DNA of 63,528 bases, the filler included, from Folioceros fuciformis (lineage: Eukaryota): the NCBI GenBank assembly GCA_049999805.1. It is 8 parts of 8 records of this genome, joined end to end, with 100 filler letters (N's around TTAATTAATTAA, not from the genome) between each part and the next. Parts side by side here need not be neighbours in the genome. Positions count along the whole stretch, not along the records: positions 42,880 to 63,528 come from JBNGIO010003894.1; 7 more parts are not named here. One strand, given 5' to 3'. How positions within the stretch are numbered: position 1 is the stretch's first letter; each line of letters begins with the position of its first letter. Positions 49,468 to 61,125 of this stretch are shown in pieces. Both the position numbers and the translations under genes were made by a program. The notes beneath the pieces are model-generated. The model ran no database searches, was not told where the DNA came from, and was given only the letters and a program-made list of their open reading frames with translations.

Positions 49468-50286
49468 ATGGCAAATAAAGCTAGTCAGCAGAAAGAGCGG
49501 CAATTGCGATCATCCCTATGGGAGAAGCAGGACGTGGAGGACTTGTGGCATAGCCGAGACGTCCCACGGATTGCTGCTGCCTCCACTTCGGACCTAGCCT
49601 GTGCCTTGTCCGATGAGCAGCAGAGTAGTTGCAAGAGCGGATGCAAGACTGCTGGAACTTTGAGGTGTGCGTGTTCGTCCGCTCTCGGTGACAGTAGACA
49701 CGGAATTGCCGCTGGCTTTTGCTCTGCAGTAGCGCCAAAGGAAACCGCTATGCTACGCAGAGGTGGAGCATCGAAGGAGGCCGAGATTCGAAGACTGTTT
49801 GATCTAATTGATGCAGACGGCGATGAAAGGATATCCAAAACTGAACTTGTTGGCTATCTAGAGAAACTTAGCCTGTCGTTGGCCTCGGATCGCGCCGACG
49901 CCGTGTTGAATTCTGCGGACGAGAATGGAGATGGCATGTTGGAGTATGGCGAGTTTGTGAAGCTCTATTCTTCGTTGTGTCCGCCCGGTGGGGAATCCGA
50001 CGTGGAGGAGAGGGATCAGGGGCTGCGAGAGGCCTTCACACTGTTTGACAGCAATAAAGATGGATACATATCGCCGAGCGAGTTGCGATCTATTGTGGAG
50101 AATCTCAACTTAAGAAAAGGAAGACCTGCTCGTGATTTCACTGCGATGATCAAAGCAGTGGATAGAGATGGTGACGGGCTTGTGAACTTTGAAGACTTTA
50201 AGGCAATGATGCTTGATGTCTCCAGCTCGCGGAGGCCGTGTACTTTTGCAGAATGTTTTAGAACAGCAACACGTTGGAATCTCTAA
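49468..50286 (+). CDS. Calmodulin-like protein with four EF-hands, intronless (start could instead be ATG 49750)
   Basis: Loops DADGDERISKTE, DENGDGMLEYGE, DSNKDGYISPSE, DRDGDGLVNFED. Confidence 0.9.
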   Translation: MANKASQQKERQLRSSLWEKQDVEDLWHSRDVPRIAAASTSDLACALSDEQQSSCKSGCKTAGTLRCACSSALGDSRHGIAAGFCSAVAPKETAMLRRGGASKEAEIRRLFDLIDADGDERISKTELVGYLEKLSLSLASDRADAVLNSADENGDGMLEYGEFVKLYSSLCPPGGESDVEERDQGLREAFTLFDSNKDGYISPSELRSIVENLNLRKGRPARDFTAMIKAVDRDGDGLVNFEDFKAMMLDVSSSRRPCTFAECFRTATRWNL

Positions 50287-52469
50287 GGGTTGCAAAACGG
50301 TGGTGAGGCCCTCACCATGAGGGCATCGAGATACCCGTATCCTCTTGACTGTTCTACTTCAGCAGGCACCAAATCGTGGCTTCTACTTCGAAGAATCCCG
50401 ACTGTTCTCTTACTTTATGTGCATTTGAGGCATCGGAAACGCCTTTCAGGTTCTTCAAGTTCCGTTTGCAGAATCGCACAATTGGCATGCAATAAGGTGA
50501 GAGTAAAGAAGCGAACACATTAAACACAGTACTTCTTAGCTTTACTCTTTCCGTTATTATAAAACGGTATACCGAAACATTAGAGCAGCCTTGTTGCATT
50601 GCGTGTCATCCTGTACAGAAAAGGCACCCCTAGCCTAGCGAAGGCAGTTTACAACTGGGCTACGAATGCAGGGGCTAAGAATGCAGGTTTGCTGCCATCA
50701 CCAGCTCCGGTTCTAGATAGGCCTCTCGTTTGAGGTCTAAGGAATCTCCTACCTCTTTTAAATAAAATATACTAAGTTTAGATAGCTTTGCTTGTTAGAG
50801 ATTTGTTCCATAAATCTATCATATTATGATCCATCTAAGAGAACAAGAAAGTGAGACAAAACAAAGTCCATGTATACTTAGATCAAGGGACGGCTGAATA
50901 GGAGGACACTTTTCTCCTTCAGAAAGGATGGCAAAAAGGCAACAAGAGCATCCAAGAATGGCAAGAAAGCACCCATTGCATTTGAAGAACGGTACAAAGC
51001 ACCAATTGTGTCTTCTTTCCAATGTTTGTCTATCTGCATCATCAAGTACATTCCCATGATCATGGACATCATTCAATTGTACATAGACATCATGATATGC
51101 CCCATCATCAACTATGCATGTTCCATTAATACCACCCACCCAAGTTCTAGCGTGTTCATATCTTTCAACATCAGCTTGTGCTGACTTGCCCTTGCCGTTG
51201 TGGTGTACACTGATTTGGCACATCCTCTTTATATGTAAAACGTTACAATGCAAAAGAGGAAGCTCAATCTTGCTCCTGTAGTTATGGAACTCTCTAGAAT
51301 AGGCCTTTAGAAATCGAGAAAAACCCTTGTCCATGGCTTCATGGGTCTTGATGACCCATGTAGTTAAGACCCTTTTAACACACTCTTGTAATGCCCACTT
51401 AGTGCCTATATGTATTGGATGGCAGTAGCATGTCCTTCTTTCCATTTACGATATGGATGAAAGTAAGTTGAAGATAATTATCTTGACTTATCTTCAATTC
51501 GGTCTAATTTTCTTGTTCATTATTATTTGGTCTATTTATCCCAAAGGACCGCTGAGTGAAAAAATAATAATTGCACGGATGCCATGCCTGGGATACCTGT
51601 AAAGTTTGTATAAATCCCATTTTCCGTGTAAAAGCAGTCACCTAATTCTGAGAGGTGCATTGGGACAATATTCGATTCACAGGGGTCTTGACGCTGCCAC
51701 GTGACATCGACTTGACGCACCTCCTGGCCGAAAGTGAATATTGCGCTCACGCGCCGATTCCGCCGTTTTCGCCAGTGGGATTGTGTCCCTGCCGAACAGG
51801 CCCGTCAACCGAGATCCTCTCCTGTCGTTTCTCCGATTTCTGCGACTTGGCTCAAACCAGTGAAATCCACAGTCGATCAGCTACTTCCATTGCCTTCCTC
51901 GACTGTTTCCTGAGATCTTGGGAGGGATTCTGTCCAATTCTTCCTGGCTGGACTGGAATTGCCAGGCTCGCAGTTTGATCGGTCCAGCTGTAGCGTGTGA
52001 CGCATTCCACGCGGATGGAGTACCAGCTCCTGTCTGGTGTTGCGATGTTGGCGTTATGTGCGAGCTGGAGATTCTCCTGGAATTCTTCAAACTTCCAAAG
52101 GTGATGCTCTTCCCAAATTCGTTTGGGCACAGGATAGTTTCTACTTCCAAGCAGTTGATTGTACTCCTGGGAGATATGAACTTCAAGGATCTGCTTCGAT
52201 CCTTGACTATATGCTCTCCATGCGTTCTCCTGGTTCCCGATCCGTGTAATTCTTCAAATTGGTGGCAGTATTAATCTGTCCTGTTGAAGGGTGTCGATCT
52301 TGGACGCGGAGTTGTAGAATTGCCAAGTGCAGGCCCGGCTCCTTCTAGGGCTCACAGGGTCATCTGTGGCGATGCGCACTACTGTTCTGGGTAGTAGATC
52401 GGGTTGATTTGTTGAGGACAATCTGGTAGTGTTGATGATTGATTTGAATGGAGTAGGAGAGTCACACCG

Positions 52470-54443
52470 ATGGTCATTCCGAAAGAAATGGTTATGGAGT
52501 TTCCGAGTGTCTCGCAAATCCTGGGACAAGCAGGTTTTTCAGCTACGGAACACCAGCAGGAAACCGTGAAGATGGCCAAGGCAGAGCTGCTTTCTATTGC
52601 CGAGGAGCAAGAAAGAGCTTGGCTTTCCATGAGATACGCTTTGGAGGAGCTGGAGAGGAGGTTGCTGGTGGTGGAGACTCAAAAGCTTTTCTTTGGTGAC
52701 AGTCTGCATGCAAAAGTGGTGAACAATGCATTTGGTTCTTCTGAGCACACAACTAAAACCATGTATGTTCAAAGCATGGATTCCCTTCTGCGGTATAGTT
52801 CTTTTTACCAATCAAAGATTTTTGAAGACAGGAGTGCAGGGAATGAGGTTGGCAACTTTCCGATGAGGAAGTTAGAAAGACAGCTGACATTCGTTTCTGA
52901 AATGCCTGAAGAGCAGGTGGAGCAGAACTGGCAAAGGGAAGCTCAGATGCTCAGGGCCGAAGTGGCCAGATTGGAGGGGGAACTTAGATTAGCAACACAA
53001 GAGCAGGTGACGACTGACATTCTTGATGATGCCCCCGAAGAATTATCTGATGCAGCAAGCTGCTCGCACGCCCTCTGTTCTCAAGGAGCGGGCGTGCCAG
53101 AAATCCTTTCTTTGACATCTAGTAGTGGGGAATTGGATTTTGTTAGTGTCATCGTTGGTCAGCTGGTGTCTACCTTTCAAATGCAGCCAGGTAGTCCCCA
53201 AAAGCCCCAAGTTTACTTCGGGGAGGATGAGGAAAGGAAGCTCGGAGTCTTTGGCGTTGTTATCCGACTCTTCATGGAACTGACCCATCAGCTGGCTGTA
53301 CTCAGCAAAACTGTCCAAGGGGACTTGAGCGAAGAAATTGCTGCTATCCCACCATGGGTTGGGATCCTGCAAACAGCTGTGGCTGAATTGCAAGACTATC
53401 ATGACAGTGGGAGGCCGTTGCTACGGGTACAGTCGGGCATGACTGCTGATCAACACATTCTGAACCTGCAACAGGAGCTGCAGACTGCAAGGAATGACCT
53501 TGAGAGAGCCCTTCAACAGCATACCGAGGAGATGCAGCGAAAGGAGAACACACTGAAGTTTGCTCAGGAGCTGAACTCCCAAGTAGCAGTGGAGTTCACA
53601 AAGGTAGAAACAGAGTTGGCAGATTTAAGGTCTCAGTACAAAGGCCTACTAGCTTCCGTGGAGATACAGCTGAAGGAAGCCAAACTGGCTTCTGCGAAGG
53701 GTATGCAGCAGAATCTTGCAAAGAATGAGCTGAAAATTGCAGGCTTAGAGCGCATGGTGGCAGACAAGGACTCTCAACTGCAGGAGCTGAGGAGAAGGAT
53801 GCATGCTATTCAGAGTGAAACGGACGCAACTGTGATGGAAAAGTTTGACCTGCTGCAAAAGCTTCGGGAAGTGGTAAAACAGACAGAGGGGCACAAGGTA
53901 CGGATAAAGGAGCTAGTCACCATTAACCAAGAAGCTCTGCAGTTTGCACAAACCAAAGAGGAGGAGGCAGCTGGCCTGCATCGCCAGCTCCGAAGTCATG
54001 ACCAGTCGTTGCAAGAGAAAACGGATCTCTGCTCCAAGCTGACACACGAACTGAGTGAGGCCAGAAGGCTGCTGGACGCGGCAGCTCAAGAGAAGGAAAT
54101 GGACAAATTCCAACAAAGCAGTCTAAAGGAGCAAGTTGCGGAGATGGAGTACGAGCTCAGGCAACGAGAGGATGCCTTGGAAAGGCTGAGTAAGCATCTG
54201 GCTGCCGTGGTCAAGGACCAGGATCAGGACCACGACCAGGATGTAATTCAGGAGAATTCCCTCAGATACCAATACGCAATTCTCTCAAACTCCCAGCACA
54301 AGGAGAATAAGGTGCGAAGCCCAGATCAGTTGAGGCACTCAAAGGTTATTATACGTCACTTGGAAGAAAAATTAGGATCTATGGACAGCGAGTTCCGGAA
54401 TCACATGGCTGAGATGAAGCACATGGTACCCTCGCCCAACTGA
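52470..54443 (+). CDS. Uncharacterised long coiled-coil protein, 657 aa
   Basis: Uninterrupted 2-kb ORF with E/Q/K/L-rich heptads. No family recognised. Confidence 0.8.
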   Translation: MVIPKEMVMEFPSVSQILGQAGFSATEHQQETVKMAKAELLSIAEEQERAWLSMRYALEELERRLLVVETQKLFFGDSLHAKVVNNAFGSSEHTTKTMYVQSMDSLLRYSSFYQSKIFEDRSAGNEVGNFPMRKLERQLTFVSEMPEEQVEQNWQREAQMLRAEVARLEGELRLATQEQVTTDILDDAPEELSDAASCSHALCSQGAGVPEILSLTSSSGELDFVSVIVGQLVSTFQMQPGSPQKPQVYFGEDEERKLGVFGVVIRLFMELTHQLAVLSKTVQGDLSEEIAAIPPWVGILQTAVAELQDYHDSGRPLLRVQSGMTADQHILNLQQELQTARNDLERALQQHTEEMQRKENTLKFAQELNSQVAVEFTKVETELADLRSQYKGLLASVEIQLKEAKLASAKGMQQNLAKNELKIAGLERMVADKDSQLQELRRRMHAIQSETDATVMEKFDLLQKLREVVKQTEGHKVRIKELVTINQEALQFAQTKEEEAAGLHRQLRSHDQSLQEKTDLCSKLTHELSEARRLLDAAAQEKEMDKFQQSSLKEQVAEMEYELRQREDALERLSKHLAAVVKDQDQDHDQDVIQENSLRYQYAILSNSQHKENKVRSPDQLRHSKVIIRHLEEKLGSMDSEFRNHMAEMKHMVPSPN

Positions 54444-54811
54444 TGTCAGGGCCCGGAGATTATACGACTCGGAGGTTATGTTACTGGAAAGGCGATAAGA
54501 AAACATATGCTTTATGTATTAATATTACACTATTCTCTGACTTCCAGGAATACACTCTCTATTCCTTAACCGTTCTGGTTATTGTAGTAACATCGCTAGG
54601 CAGCCACAGTAGGCCATACAGCCACCTAAACATGCTATATCGCTGCTTAACTAAAGATGTCACGTTCACCCCGGCGTGAAGTTGACATTCTCAACTACAC
54701 ACCTGAACGTCCTGCGTAGTTCACAAGCAGCCGTCGATGTGCATAGGATAGCAGGAGAATTGGAAGATCGTCAAGCTTTCTTCAAGCCTTTTGTATGTGT
54801 TCTTCAAGCCT

Positions 54812-56384
54812 CTACTTCATACTACTCTGAAGGAGAGTACTGGTAAGATCGGATATACCTGCAGCTTGAGAGCAGCAAGCAGCTCCTGCTTTGCAATTGA
54901 GAGGACCAGCCTCCGCCGTCATGGCTGCTACCATGGACGCTGATTTTGCTGGCAGGCTGGTGGCTGCTGCGTAAGCTGAAGCATCCTGGTTGCCTGATTC
55001 AGTGAAGAAGGACCCGTTCACGAACAGATCGCCCTCTGATCGCCAGTTCCAGCTTGTCCATGCGCCGGTGTCGTCCATACGCTTCGTCACCTCCTTGTGA
55101 TCCCCTGCTGTGTACCGGTTTGCCTCGCTGTTGATGGTGGCGTTGGCGCTGCCTCCTACGGCGTATGATCCCCATGGCAGATAGTCGTTGTTCACCACGT
55201 GAAATTGTCCAAAGCGGCATCTGCATCCATCAGTCACAGTATTGGTCTGAGGCGAAGTGTGACATGTTTGGACAAGCACATGAGATTCCAGGCACCCACC
55301 TCGGCATCCTTTGTGTCAGACCTTTGCCAAACCGGTTCAGGGTGACTGTGACCCGCATGTTCACATCAGCTGTGTCGCCGTCATCGGCCCCGAGAAGGAT
55401 AACCTGCATGTCATCATCGGTTAGAGGAAAACATTCCAGCTCAGCTGTGAATCACGGTCATCTGGCGGGAATGACTGTCCGTCCTTACCTTATCGTGATT
55501 CTCGAAGAGATTGTTGGAAATCGTAACATCGGTGGAATTTTTGGTCACGTCGATGAGCCCGTCGGTGCCGTTTGCCAGGTAGCAGTGGTCGATCCAGATC
55601 AACCTCGCGTTGTTGATGATTTTAATGCCATCCTCGCCTGCCGACCCTCTCGTCTGGACGACGGTGGGGGACACTCTCACTTTGGCTCCTTCGTTCTTGT
55701 AGATGATATTGTAGACTTTGATTCCGTGGATGATCACATTCGACACTCCCTCTAGAACGAGGCCTGCGCCGTTCTTGATTTCCACGTTTACTCCTCTTCC
55801 ATCCACTGTTTTATAGTTGTTGACGAACACCAAGTCCTGCTCCAGCTTGATGCTCATGTCCTTGTTGAACACAATCCACAATGGCTCCGTTTGGATGACT
55901 CCATAGCGGAGCGTTCCCTCGGTGGGATTTACAGCGTCATCGCTTGCATTTGTCACGGTGTAGATGGCTCCGTTTTTGCCACCCCATGCTTGCTTGGCGT
56001 ACCCCAGTGAGCAGCCCGCCAGCTTTGTGCGGTCCGTGGACCAGTTTGCATTGAGCCTCCAGCAGTCATCGATGGAGTTGCCGGTCTCGACACACCCAGC
56101 TGTATCGACGCTTCCGTTCCCAGTCTGTACAAGACTTGTTATGTCCCTGCACCCAGACTTCACTTGGTTAGCTTCTGGAGACATGAGTTTCTCTTCATTC
56201 AAGTTTGCCACGTCTCATGAATCAAACATGAAGCATCCAAAGCTCCAGTGTGTAGGGCTTGATCGTGCCTTTGGTTTTCACCAACTTTGTAGTCGCCCAG
56301 ACTCTCATACGAGCCGAATATGAGCAACAAGATCGTGACGCAGATTGTACATCGAAAAAGTCTGCAAGGCGTGGTCATATGCAT
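54812..56384 (-). CDS. Pectate lyase (PL1), 4 exons, ~415 aa, with signal peptide
   Basis: Exons 56384-56286, 56124-55489, 55403-55300, 55220-54812 join in frame. GNSIDDCWR, GTLRYGVIQTEPLWI, WIDH, RMPRCRFGQFHVVNNDY, WNWRSEGD. Confidence 0.93.
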
Positions 56385-57609
56385 CTTGAAGGCTTCCCTG
56401 TCAAATGTAAGTCCAATTCTTTAAGAATTCGTCCTGACCAGACCAGCAGACACTAGACCATCTGGACCTGGCCTTCCAAGGCTTCCCATGATCAACGGGA
56501 ACTAGCACTGCTGCTATCGGAGCCTGGAAGTACTTACAGACAAAATGATATCGAAGATGAAGAAGCAGTCGACCTCAAATGATGGAGCTTGCTGGATGTG
56601 AAAAACTTGAATGCAGAGGATTACACAACTGCGTCCTCTTATATACCACAGGGGGTAAGCTTGCCAGTGCATGGTGAAAGGAGACTTTGATCAGGACTAG
56701 TCTTTTGCTGCGTCCCTTTCAGTAAAGCCACGTCAGGTTGCTCTTCGGGGTTGCTCCCAGGAACCCAGACTCCAGACCTAATGCAAGTCACTTCTGTGTC
56801 ATCCCTCCCTCATGTTGTGGGATTGTCGTGTGACATTCAGACGGAACCTGGGAACCAAGAACCACGTGGTGGCACCTGCTTCACTTCGCATTTGGTCAGA
56901 CCTTGAGTTGCGTGTATCATTGAGGGGTGAAATCAATCGTCTGGTTCGTAGGAGCCACACCCAAAGCATGAATGCGGCTGTTCCCCTTGGAAAAAACTCC
57001 TCCATACTAAAAACTATGCACAGTATTGGTCGTCACGCAGAATAACTCTGCTTTCAGGTTTCCGTTTGTCTCCCATTCCGGATGCAGCAGGTAGCTCTCA
57101 GAACAAGTCCGAAGTTATTGCTTGATGGGTGTTTCTACCGGCACTTTTACACACAATTCCTTGTGCTGGCACACCAATCTAGTGTCACAGTTTCAAAGCA
57201 CCTCTACGAGTACTGATCATCACACAGGCGTACTCTTTCCATATTCGGTTTTGGTCCTTCAATGTGGGTCGAAATCAAACGCATGTTCTCCGCCCAGCTT
57301 TGGACTGGTATGGTCAGTTACCAGACCGCTTATGCTTTGTTACCAGACCGCTTATGGTCTGTTACCAGACCGCTTCAGAAAATATGATGGTAATATAATA
57401 TGTACATGTTGTAGGTCTTAAAAGCATGTGTGCGCCCTAATCCCATTTCATAAGATTGTCTCTTCAATGTTGTTTCAACTTTTAAGATTTCAACTTTTAA
57501 TATTCCAAAGAGTAGGATAACACTACAAGCATGAAGACTTTATTTTTCACTACTCTTGTGATTGCCCACTATACCTAGGATATCAATATCAGGATACCCA
57601 ATGATCTAC

Positions 57610-57700
57610 CACTACAAGAAATAGAGGTTCTTTGTAACTCCCTTTTTGTAGCAATTTTGGACAGTTTTGTAATATTTGTCTTTGTAACACTCTAGGTTTA
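57610..57700 (+). mobile_element. Left end of a CACTA (En/Spm) DNA transposon
   Basis: CACTACAAGAAA at 57610-57621 followed by TTTGTA subterminal repeats. No matching right end seen. Confidence 0.6.
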
Positions 57701-58974
57701 GACTACAAACCGATAGAAAGTTTTACAATGAAAGTGTTAGAATACCTTGGATATAACACTTCTGCTTTGGAGATAGGCCTAGTATTAGCTTTATTGAGCC
57801 AAGCTTGTAAGGGGTTATTGAGGCAATTTAATTGACCAATGAAGATGGTGTGGCAATCTTGGCTAATTAGTGAAAGTCAAGCATTGTCGTGATGGCCTCT
57901 CCAAGCATGTTTAAGCGGAAGGACTGGAGGATGGCCAGCTTTTTGGGGGTGGGATGCCCGAGATTATGGAACCACAATTGCCCTTCCGCTGTTGTGATAA
58001 CTTGTTCCCATATTTGTCATCGCACAGCCTTGGTCGTCATTGCAGCCCTCCCTCTTCTTAATGTATGCTCCTGCTTCCATTTGAAAAGATTTATTATTAT
58101 GTTACATCATCGTGTTCAAAAAATAGTAAAGCTATGACTTTTGTATTGCTATTGTTTTTGGATATGTACAATGGTTAGAAGCCTCACTTCCTTATGCATA
58201 AAAATGATGTATTGCTATATTCGTGAACACCTTGTACCTTACCCTAAGGAGTGATTCAGCGTTAAATAATTATAGTTAATAAAAGTTAAAAATTAAAAAA
58301 ATATTACAGTTTGAATACTAAATTTAGTGGAAACTATTTCAACGAGATGCCAGAAATGAAGAAAAACTAGGAAACCTAAGCTCACTATGTTTGACACGTT
58401 CCAATGAGAGAGATCATCAGCCTGCATGTTGGGCATGTTAGTATTCAACTCGTAGACACCTGTTTCTACCTAGAGCATGGAATTCAGCTTCATGCCCTGC
58501 TGACTAAGTGTGTGTCTCCTTCCCAATGTCTAGTCATGTGTCGGGCTAATGGTTTGTTCTGAAAGCTGCTTTTCCAATCTGAGCTAAAGTATAGCCAAAC
58601 TTTGTGGAATGCATCACTGAATTGCACAAGCCCTATAGCTTACCATTGGAGGGAGATGGTACTACGTACAGAATTTGAGCAAAATGTTAGCTTAGTCATT
58701 TGGAGTTGTAGCTCCAACATTCGTACAATTCTTTGATGCAATGTAATGCCTTTGGAAGCTTCGAGTAGTCCTTCTAAACTTTCTTCAGCAAAACTAGTTT
58801 AGGGAAGCATGTTCTTTGAGCAATCCTTGTTAATNNNNNNNNNNGCAAAACTAGTTTAGGGAAGCATGTTCTTTGAGCAATCCTTGTTAATCTAGAACCT
58901 ACACTTATTGATGAGGACGTCACCTTCTTAGCTTCGTAGATAGTAAGTACACTAGCTAGCTACCATGTCTTCGT

Positions 58975-59332
58975 TAATGTTCCAAAGCTCTCGTAAAATT
59001 TTAATACTCCAAAATTCGTACAAATTTCCATTTCTCCAAAGCTCTCGTAAATTTTCAATACTCCAAAATTCATATAAATTTCCATTCCTCCAAGGCTCTT
59101 GCAAATTTCTATTCCTCCAAAGCTCTTGCAAGTTTCCGTCTCTCCAAGCTCTTGCAAATTTCCATTCCTCCAAAGTTCTTACAAATTTTCATTCGTCCAA
59201 AGCTCTTGCAAATTTCCATTCCTCCAAAGCTCCTACAAATTTCCATACCTCCAAAGCTCCTACAAATTTCCATTCCTCCAAAGCTCCTATAAATTTCCAT
59301 TCCTCAAAATATCCTACAAATTTCCATTCCTC
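58975..59332 (+). repeat. 27-bp minisatellite (AAATTTCCATTCCTCCAAAGCTCCTAC), ~13 diverging copies
   Basis: Tandem copies; 9-aa periodicity in all overlapping ORFs. Confidence 0.92.
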
Positions 59333-61125
59333 CTCACTAAGGGTTCTATTTTAAATTTGAATGATTTATAAGTTTGTGCTTTAGCAAATCCACATGTTGA
59401 AGCTTTTTATGTTGTCAAACACTTCTTCATCACACCCACTACCTTAGACAAGTAGTCTTCATCATCCTCTTCTCCTTCAAGTTCATGTTTTTGTTGTACA
59501 TCTTCCTTTGTTGAAGAAAAGAGACATGTTGTCAAGTTTGTTTCCATTGTGTGTATCGAAAATCTGAGTTGAATGCCTTTAAAAGACTTGTTTCTTCCCA
59601 CCCATGTGTGTTCATTTCTTGCATGTGTGAAATATGTGTCAATGTATTAAATAGCCACTCACACACCTCGAGCTTCAATTTTTCAACTTGAAGTTAATAG
59701 TTAATAACCCTAAAACTAAGTTCTACCTTCCTTGAGTTGTTCTTCAATAGTGTCAATTGTCTAATATATAAATATTTAGCACTATTATAGTGGAAATATA
59801 ATCTTCTTCATAAAGACCTTTGGTGCCTCAAGTATAGACCAATGTGTGTTGGTATATGTTAAGTAAAAACTTGCCTTCTCACATAGCTTAGCACTTTTAT
59901 GTGCTTTGGGGATTCACTTACCTATTGTTTTTATGAAGATGATCTAGCGTGGTACTAAGCAACGTACTATGGATGGGGACACCACCGCACTACTTTGTCT
60001 TTTGTTCATCACCTAAAGCAATTTTGTCTTTTGTCTCCTTAACCTCCCAATTGTTTCTCCCTTTAAAGGGTCCAAGTGAATTCATGTTTAATTAGTATTG
60101 ATCACAAGTTTCGCAAAATACTGTAAGCTTGTGAGAGGTAAGCTATCCTATATAGCATCATTTTTCCTTTATATTCTCATGTCTCTAGAAGCTTGGAAGT
60201 TGTTGTAGTAGATCTCGATAGGACCATGAGAGTTCGTTTTTCATGAACTTTCTTGTCCAATCAATGTTAACTTCAAATGTTCCCTTTCTAAGGGATTCAT
60301 GTGCCCTAGCATAAATTATACCTCTCATCATAGGTTGGATAAGAGAAGCAGTGATTAGTTTTCACTCATTCCAAAAACTCATTAAAAAATCACTAAGCTC
60401 TTTCATCAAATCAGGTCTATCTTCCAAAGGACCCATGTTGATAGTCGATCCGGATGCTGCTGATTTTTTACTACTTGCAAGTTTACATACAAGCTTCGAC
60501 TCTCATGTTTTTGAGTCAAACCAAGTGTACGAGAACCCACAAAGAAGGTCTCCGTTGAAATGGAGACATTCTCCACATTTTGGAGAAAATAAAAAAATAG
60601 CACAAAACTATGATGTTTGAAAACTTCAAAAGGGTGTATGAAGCATTTTTTGGAAAATAGTGCAAAACATCTGGTCTTTTTTTAATGTGAACCTACACTT
60701 TGGAAGCCTTAGACTAGTGCACCATAGTTTTTTTGTTGTCTTTAGGGTACCCAAATCTCAAAAGTTGGGGTTTTGCCGAAAAATCTTAAGGTGCTTATGC
60801 AAACCCCAGTTTTTACAATTCATTGCCTTAACATTTTTCTTTTATTTCTCCCTATGTGCAATAATCATAGGTTATGGTGTTCCACAAAAGTTGAAGGTAG
60901 AGTAATCAATGTACATGGCATAAAACTATGTAATCACTACATCCCTCAATAATAGCCTCGCAGTATAAAATAAGAGACAGAACTTAACTAACTTAACTGC
61001 ATGTCAATTTGATTGTCAAAATTCATGAATAATTAAATACTATTGTCAATATTGTAGATCCATAATGACAAATTGCTATCTTTCCATAAGGTAATACAAA
61101 CTATCATCATTCCTATGAGAAGGAT

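Noticed and set aside
58786-58890. Direct duplication across a 10-N gap (similar at 24509 and 10681)
   Set aside because: Typical unmerged contig overlap; copy number is unreliable.
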